From Candidatus Parcubacteria bacterium (GTDB lineage Bacteria > Patescibacteriota > Minisyncoccia > Phycocordibacterales > JAKFXT01), in assembly GCA_021414235.1 (NCBI GenBank), contig JAIOOV010000003.1, positions 37,560 to 101,559 on the forward strand: DNA of 64,000 bases, in the 5' to 3' direction. Below the pieces are notes generated by a model that saw only the letters and a list, made by a program, of their open reading frames with translations, was not told the DNA's origin and did no database searches. Shown in pieces: positions 58,337-64,000 of this stretch. The position numbers and the translations under genes are program-made. The stretch's first letter is position 1; every line of letters starts with the position of its first letter.

Positions 58337-59767
58337 CTACTGCTTCAGACCCAAGCTGTTATTCCTGCCTCCAGACATAAGTCCCCAAGCGCCCGTAACC
58401 TGCACAGGAGATGAACGATTGACGAGATCGCTTAGACCAAGCTGCCCCGTATCGTTGAGGCCCCACGCGAACATCTGACCATTGGTCCTCGATGCTACGT
58501 GATGATATTGGCCGGATCCGACAGATAACCATGTACCCGCAAGCTGAGTCGGCGAAGAGCGAGTGACGACATCGCCATGACCGAGGGCCCCCTGGGAGCC
58601 AAACCCCATAGAGAACAGAGCGCCATTCGAACGGAGAGCCAGTGAATGGTGGCTGGTGTTATGAGAGAAAACCGAAGACCAAGAAGTGTCGGCCCCCACC
58701 TGTACCGGAGACGACCGATTAATCGCATCGCCGAGTCCCATAGCCCCAAGGGCGTTATACCCTCCTATCCCCCAGAGGGTTCCGTTGCTACGCACCCCCA
58801 TGGTGAGATGTACGCCGCAAGCAACAGAAGACCAGGTGCCCCCAATCTGTACTGGGGAGGAGCGGTTTACCTTATCTCCTAAACCTAGATGCCCGAAAGT
58901 GGTATTCCCGCCGGTGCCGAACAGCTCTCCGGAAGAATTTATAAAATGCGAACGTCCGCTCCCGCCGAAGACGTCCGTCCAAACACCAGAAGATATCTGG
59001 ACGGGAGAGGATCGCTTAGCCGTATCAGAGAGGCCAAGTGCGCCAGAGGCGTTATACCCCCACCCCCAGAGCGTACCGTCAGCCTTTATACCGAGAGTAT
59101 GGTACTGCCCCGCAGACACGGCCACCCAGGTCCCCGCGACCTGCGTCGGGGAAGAGCGGCTAGCGATATCGCCAAGCCCTAGTTGTCCGTTGCCATTATC
59201 ACCCCAAGCAAACAAAGAGCCGTCCGTACGCAAAGCCAAAGCGTCATAGCGTCCTCCTGTGGCGCGTACCCAGGTGCCCGCCAATTGGACAGGAGAAGAG
59301 GCGTTGACAGTGGTAAGTCCTTGTCCCACGGCACCAACGCCTCCATGACTGCCCCAACTAAAGAGCTGACTTCCGCTTGATGAGTTTGGCATCGCTACGC
59401 TCCCTCTCCAGGTCGTGCCGTTGTCAGTCGTAAATAAAGTCAGAACATCAGTACCGATAACCGAGAGCGTCGGCGCAACAGAGTTCTGCCACTTAGTGCC
59501 ACTCATCCAGGTAGTGGTGAATCTGCCACCGTTGGTGAGGACTAAGGTGAAAGAAACATATTGAGTGGCAGAGGGAATATTAGTTATCGAGAAGGTGGTG
59601 GCTGCGGTTACCGTAGCCGTCACTACCGTGCCGAGGGAAAGATCTATGGCGGTAGCGCCGCTCACGTTGCCGAGGGCATTCTGTGTCTCCGCGTAGCCAC
59701 GCAGGTCAGCGTTGTCTAAACGCGCATTGCTCAAATCGAGACGGGAGGCAGATAGCTTGATAGCCAT
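58337..59767 (-). CDS. RCC1-repeat protein with phage-tail-fibre-like N-terminal domain
   Basis: IDLSLG...FTLVLTNGG...APTLS..GTDVL...DNGTTWRG followed by seven RSSPVQ repeats; start ATG 59767. Confidence 0.85.
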   Translation of the reverse strand: MAIKLSASRLDLSNARLDNADLRGYAETQNALGNVSGATAIDLSLGTVVTATVTAATTFSITNIPSATQYVSFTLVLTNGGRFTTTWMSGTKWQNSVAPTLSVIGTDVLTLFTTDNGTTWRGSVAMPNSSSGSQLFSWGSHGGVGAVGQGLTTVNASSPVQLAGTWVRATGGRYDALALRTDGSLFAWGDNGNGQLGLGDIASRSSPTQVAGTWVAVSAGQYHTLGIKADGTLWGWGYNASGALGLSDTAKRSSPVQISSGVWTDVFGGSGRSHFINSSGELFGTGGNTTFGHLGLGDKVNRSSPVQIGGTWSSVACGVHLTMGVRSNGTLWGIGGYNALGAMGLGDAINRSSPVQVGADTSWSSVFSHNTSHHSLALRSNGALFSMGFGSQGALGHGDVVTRSSPTQLAGTWLSVGSGQYHHVASRTNGQMFAWGLNDTGQLGLSDLVNRSSPVQVTGAWGLMSGGRNNSLGLKQ

Positions 59768-59849
59768 TTTAGGAATTATAGCAAACTTCAATAGCTTCTC
59801 CTCTTGTCCTAAAGCGTAAGACGAGGCACAAGGAGCCGTCTCCTCCTCT

Positions 59850-60113
59850 ATGAATGTAGCTCTCTACTGGACCATCGGATTTATCGCCCTCGTCATCCTC
59901 GCCGTAGGTGCCTATTTCCTCTTCTTCCGGAGCGAATCCCTCAACATCACCGGAGCGCCGCAATCTTCCAGAGTCTGCACCATGGACGTGAAGCTCTGCC
60001 CTGATGGCTCCTACGTGAGCCGTATCCCTCCCTCCTGTGCCTTTGCCGCCTGCCCCGCTCCCACGGAGGAAGCTCCGGCAGGAGGAAACCCGGATTTCGA
60101 CGTTAAAGGCTAG
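59850..60113 (+). CDS. Small membrane protein with CTMDVKLCPDGS Cys motif
   Basis: TM followed by CTMDVKLCPDGSYVSRIPPSCAFAACP. Confidence 0.8.
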   Translation: MNVALYWTIGFIALVILAVGAYFLFFRSESLNITGAPQSSRVCTMDVKLCPDGSYVSRIPPSCAFAACPAPTEEAPAGGNPDFDVKG

Positions 60114-60125
60114 CCACATAATTTT

Positions 60126-60278
60126 ATGCTTATCACCATCGCCGCCCTCCTCCTCATCCTCTGGTTCCTTGGCGTCATTGGCACCTACTCCATCGGCTGG
60201 TTCGTGCACCTCCTCCTCGTGGCTGCGATCGTCATGTTCCTCATCCGGGTCATCCAAGGAGAGAATCCGTTGAAATAA
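60126..60278 (+). CDS. lmo0937-family small membrane protein (50 aa)
   Basis: MLITIAALLLILWFLGVIGTYSIGWFVHLLLVAAIVMFLIRVIQGENPLK. Confidence 0.8.
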   Translation: MLITIAALLLILWFLGVIGTYSIGWFVHLLLVAAIVMFLIRVIQGENPLK

Positions 60279-60279
60279 C

Positions 60280-60307
60280 AAAAAGCTCCCCGTATGGGGA
60301 GCTTTTT
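60280..60307. terminator. Bidirectional terminator
   Basis: AAAAAGCTCCCC-GTAT-GGGGAGCTTTTT between convergent genes. Confidence 0.9.
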
Positions 60308-60324
60308 GTTTTCCCTTGTCTTAG

Positions 60325-62667
60325 TTAAACGATCTCGCACGTACCTCCTGCGCACGCTAATTCCTTCTTCTGCTCCGTCTCATCCTGCATCTCGTAGGTC
60401 ACGAGCTTGGAGTAGTCGATGCTGCCGAGGCGCGAAGAGAGGAGTTCGTACGTCTCCTTGGTGCACTTCTCGTAGGGCGCCAGACGATAAACATGGTTCT
60501 CGCGCGGGAGGAAGGAGAGGCCGCCAATTATCTCCCAGTTCTTGTAGACCCAGTTGACCACGTCGATCCATTCATCGTCCCCCACCGAGATGGTGGTCGA
60601 AGGGTTATGCTCGGTGAAGTTGAGCTTGACCATCTTCCAGTACTCGAGCTGCTCGATAGCGGTCTGATCATCTTTGAAGATAGAGCCGCTCGGTGCCTTG
60701 ATCGGGAACTCCAGCACGTAGGTATTGGCGTTCTCCATGGTCTGGCCCACTTCCGGATGATACGGCACACCCTGATCCTTCATCATCTTAAAGAGCGAGT
60801 CGGTCGCAGAGATGCGCACGCGGCGGATGTAGTAGGGCGCATGGCGCGGATGCATGCCGGAAGAGCTGTTGATGGTCTGAGAGACGGTGCCAGAGGGCTT
60901 CACGCAGGTGATGGAGGAGGAGACGTTCACTCCGAAGCGCTTGGCATACTTCTGGTTCACCTTGATAGACTCATTCTTCATAGCCTTCATGGTGTCCGCA
61001 TTACGCACCGCCGGGGAGTCCCACTGGCCGGTGATGGAGACGCCGAGGAGGCGCTCCTTCTCGCAGTTGTCCTTCCATTCCTTGGAGAGGTAGCCGAAAT
61101 TAGTGAGAGTTGATTGATAGGTACCGACGAGGGTGGCGAGGCGCGTCTTCCTGAGGAGAGACTCCTTGGTGTCGCTCGCACGCGCTACCACCTCAGTGAG
61201 ATTACAGAACTGCTTGCTCTGGAGGATGATCTCGCCACAGGGGTTGGTGCCCACCTGACCGAGGCGGCCCTTGCCATACTTCTTCTCGAGGAGCTCGATA
61301 CGGCGCTTCGGCATGGTCTTCGCCAAGGATCCACGATTGAAGATGCCGCGCTCGCCGCTCTTACTCTTCATGAGAGCCACCCACTCATCCATGAGCTCTT
61401 CGGTAGAAGGCTTCTGCTCGTAGACGGCGGAGTTGTTGGAGATGGAGCGGTGTGGGTCGGTGAGGAAGAACTGACCCTTCTTGGCATCACGGATGAGATC
61501 GTCATCGAGGTCAGAGAGGGAGATCATGGCCGAGCGACGCACGCCACCTGCCACTACGCACTCACCGATCTTACAAAGGATGTCGTGGGCATCGATGTTG
61601 CGGAGGCGCCGTCCCTGGCGGGAGAGGATCGCACTGCGGGAGAAAGCGAGAAGAGACTGGAGAGGTGCCGGGCCGGAGGCCTTGCCACCCATGGTCTTGA
61701 GGCGCGCACCGGCTGGCCTGATCTGGGAATAATCAAAATCGATATCCTTGCCTGCGTACCATGTCTCAAGGCCCAAGGTGAGCGCATCGCACCAGCCCTC
61801 CTTGGAGTCGTCGACAACGTGGGTCTTCAGTTTTTCTCCGATCTGCCTCTCAATCTGCGGAAGCTGCTGGATGTTCTGGCTCTCTGCAGAGAAGCCGACG
61901 CCAGTGCCGCACATAGAGATGTACATAACCTCAGCGAAGTCCCGAAGCTTGGTGGGGGCGATAAAGGAGCAGTTGTAAGCACAGACGTTCGTCTTGGCGG
62001 CTGCCTTGCCTGCGAACTGCATGAGACGCATAGACGGCATGATCTCCTGCTTGCGGATGGCTTCGCGCACCTCATCGTACTCTTTCTTAGTGAGCTTGTC
62101 TCCCAAGTTCTGCTTCATGAAATCTATATAACGCTCCACCGTCTCCACCCAGGTCTCGCGGCGGCCTTCTGCTTCGATCCAGGAAGAGTAGCTGCGGAGA
62201 TACACGAACTCGCCGAGCGGATTGTTCTTGAAATATTTAGCGCTCTCCTCCGCGAGCTGACGCACGCGCTCCGGGACTTCCACGCCCATAGAGCGAAGCT
62301 CTGAGCGCTTCTGGCGATAGAGGATGTAGTTCTTGGCAGTCTGCACGTACTCCGAGAGGATGAGCTCCCGCTCCACCGTGTCCTGTATCCCCTCCACCGT
62401 CGGCAGGAAGTTCTTGTACTTCTTGCTGATCCTCACCAGGTCAGCAAGCACCTTGTTGGCCACGAGCGCAGCCTCGTCCACCGAACCCTCGCCGGAGGCG
62501 AGCATGGCCTTGTAGATGGCCGTCTCCACCTTGTCCATGTCGAAAGGAGCGATGGTGCCGTCGCGCTTCTGGATCTGTTTGACGAATTCGTTCGTCTTGG
62601 GCGTCCGAGCCAAGGGCACCTTTGCCTTGGGGAGAGAAGCGGAGACAGCTGTTTTGGTGAGGGTCAT
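60325..62667 (-). CDS. nrdJ: Class II (AdoCbl-dependent) ribonucleotide reductase with ATP-cone
   Basis: IQKRDG ATP-cone, AYNCSF, GGVRRSA, TNPCGEI, VKPSGT, C-terminal CAGGTCE. Confidence 0.93.
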   Translation of the reverse strand: MTLTKTAVSASLPKAKVPLARTPKTNEFVKQIQKRDGTIAPFDMDKVETAIYKAMLASGEGSVDEAALVANKVLADLVRISKKYKNFLPTVEGIQDTVERELILSEYVQTAKNYILYRQKRSELRSMGVEVPERVRQLAEESAKYFKNNPLGEFVYLRSYSSWIEAEGRRETWVETVERYIDFMKQNLGDKLTKKEYDEVREAIRKQEIMPSMRLMQFAGKAAAKTNVCAYNCSFIAPTKLRDFAEVMYISMCGTGVGFSAESQNIQQLPQIERQIGEKLKTHVVDDSKEGWCDALTLGLETWYAGKDIDFDYSQIRPAGARLKTMGGKASGPAPLQSLLAFSRSAILSRQGRRLRNIDAHDILCKIGECVVAGGVRRSAMISLSDLDDDLIRDAKKGQFFLTDPHRSISNNSAVYEQKPSTEELMDEWVALMKSKSGERGIFNRGSLAKTMPKRRIELLEKKYGKGRLGQVGTNPCGEIILQSKQFCNLTEVVARASDTKESLLRKTRLATLVGTYQSTLTNFGYLSKEWKDNCEKERLLGVSITGQWDSPAVRNADTMKAMKNESIKVNQKYAKRFGVNVSSSITCVKPSGTVSQTINSSSGMHPRHAPYYIRRVRISATDSLFKMMKDQGVPYHPEVGQTMENANTYVLEFPIKAPSGSIFKDDQTAIEQLEYWKMVKLNFTEHNPSTTISVGDDEWIDVVNWVYKNWEIIGGLSFLPRENHVYRLAPYEKCTKETYELLSSRLGSIDYSKLVTYEMQDETEQKKELACAGGTCEIV

Positions 62668-62747
62668 ACGTGGTGAGGGGGAGCTTAATGAGTAATTAAA
62701 TTGGTAAAGGTAATGACTATTCTACCCCGCCGGGAGCAGGCATTTTT

Positions 62748-62756
62748 TGTGGATAA
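62748..62756 (-). promoter_or_regulatory. DnaA box upstream of nrdJ
   Basis: TTATCCACA upstream of the TAGAAT -10 (62724-62719). Confidence 0.65.
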
Positions 62757-62942
62757 CCCCCTCATTCCCCTCCTTAGAACGATTTAGGGGGCGTGTAAAC
62801 CTCGGTGGGAGAAAACTAGCGTAAAACAGGGGTTATACGGGACTAAGTGGAGGTAATTTTATTAAAAAGGCGAAAATCAGTTTAAAAAATGTATTTTTGT
62901 GCTCAGTTTTTTGCAAAAGATGTAGATAAAGTTACAAAAAAG

Positions 62943-63140
62943 CTAATCGAGCTTACGAAAGCGGGGCTGCCGCTTGCCTTCTACCTCTATTTCCTCAAGG
63001 AACATAGGCTTAGGACGCACCCAGACCTCCCCTGTATCAAGGTGGCGATAGATGACCATCTCCTCCAAGGTCTCGCTATGCTTGCCGAGGCCGGTCACCT
63101 CTACCTCCGCCCCCTTGTAGTGCCTGTAGCGCCCGAGCAT
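62943..63140 (-). CDS. DUF1653 family protein
   Basis: GRYRHYKG...HSETLE.MVIY...WVRP..MF. Confidence 0.9.
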   Translation of the reverse strand: MLGRYRHYKGAEVEVTGLGKHSETLEEMVIYRHLDTGEVWVRPKPMFLEEIEVEGKRQPRFRKLD

Positions 63141-63245
63141 AGCCCCATGATACCAGAGGAGGGATAAGAGGGTCGCATGAGGGAGTCAAACAGGGCATAA
63201 TGGGGAGACGTTCCCTCTAGATTGCCGCTCGGGCAGTTTCCCAAC

Positions 63246-63767
63246 ATGAAAAGGACTCTTCACACCGGACCAATCCTCTTTCTCATACTCGCCATAGCCC
63301 TCCTCCTCTATCTCGGATTTGCCAAGAACCTGGAGGGCAACCTGAGCCTCCTCCCCAAGGCCGCTACCTCCCCTATCCCCGTAGTCACAGAAAAGCCCAC
63401 CCCGTCCGTCTCCATACACGGGACCCGCATTCGGGTGGATGTGGCCACCACAACAGCGGCCGTGCGCAAAGGTCTCTCCGGCCGTACCCGGCTCGAGGAG
63501 GATGAGGGCATGCTCTTCATCTTCTCCGTTCCCGATATCTACCGTTTCTGGATGCCTGACATGAATTTCCCGATCGACATCATCTGGGTACACGACGGCG
63601 TAGTGGCGGACATCAGCCGCAACGTGTCCAACGAGTTCGATCCCGCTAAGCCCGTCTTCTACTCCCCCCGCGTCAAGGTAGAGCAGGTGCTCGAGGTGAA
63701 CGCAGGCTTTGCCGCAGAGCACGGCATCGAAGTCGGAGACCCCGTGGTCCTCCGCAATATCTTTTAA
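63246..63767 (+). CDS. DUF192 family protein
   Basis: GLSGR, GMLFIF, FWMPDMNFPIDIIW, VLEVNAG. Confidence 0.9.
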   Translation: MKRTLHTGPILFLILAIALLLYLGFAKNLEGNLSLLPKAATSPIPVVTEKPTPSVSIHGTRIRVDVATTTAAVRKGLSGRTRLEEDEGMLFIFSVPDIYRFWMPDMNFPIDIIWVHDGVVADISRNVSNEFDPAKPVFYSPRVKVEQVLEVNAGFAAEHGIEVGDPVVLRNIF

Positions 63768-63770
63768 ACC

Positions 63771-64000
63771 ATGAAGATACTCGCCTATCGTCACGACAAG
63801 GACCACTGGAACGAATTCGTACGTAGGCACTACCCATCGGTAGGAAATTTCATGCTCTCCTGGGAATGGGGCGCGTTCCAGAAGAAGCTGGGACGAGAGA
63901 CGAATCGCTTCGCTATTGAGAATGATGCGGGAGAAACCGTCGGCCTCTTCACCCTCGTCTACTACTCCCTCCCCTTCGGCTTCCGCTACGCCTACCTTCC
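63771..64000 (+). CDS. FemAB/FemX-family peptidoglycan bridge aminoacyltransferase (partial)
   Basis: MKILAYRHDKDHWNEFV...FMLSWEWGAFQ...LPFGFRYAYLP; open at the window end. Confidence 0.75.
   Translation, partial: MKILAYRHDKDHWNEFVRRHYPSVGNFMLSWEWGAFQKKLGRETNRFAIENDAGETVGLFTLVYYSLPFGFRYAYL

Noticed and set aside
61114-62304. 396-aa ORF (and the similar 2156-3238 ORF)
   Set aside because: Antisense shadows of nrdJ and secA caused by codon bias.

Overview
Window from a Patescibacteria (CPR, Parcubacteria/OD1-like) genome, judged from the divergent 16S rRNA that lacks the anti-Shine-Dalgarno sequence, the unlinked rRNA genes and the gene content. Most genes lie on the minus strand. They include secA, murB/C/D, a surface-glycosylation cluster, a VirD4/HerA-like ATPase, rsmI, MFS, DsbB/thioredoxin, tRNA-Leu and tRNA-Ile, a stand-alone 16S gene, secDF, rodA, a separate 23S-5S unit, rplJL with an L10 leader, a large S-layer-like protein, class II ribonucleotide reductase and two RCC1-repeat proteins. 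Ornithine decarboxylase, ftsK and recA are on the plus strand. The most striking structure is inside the 23S gene: the helix-45 intervening sequence encloses a CCA-ending tRNA-like cloverleaf whose anticodon loop is replaced by a GCAA tetraloop. The same gene carries a compact, degenerate group I-type intron at L1931 with antisense copies of helix 69, and a ~225-nt structured RNA lies between 23S and 5S. Other unannotated signals: a 15-aa Lys-rich peptide with a structured leader, a tRNA-Ile fused to a NUDIX start codon, a boxA-like motif shared by the 23S and S-layer leaders, a heptamer array over an HTH gene next to ftsK, DnaA boxes positioned at promoters, and widespread leaderless gene starts. 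All calls were made by eye; no database searches were run.
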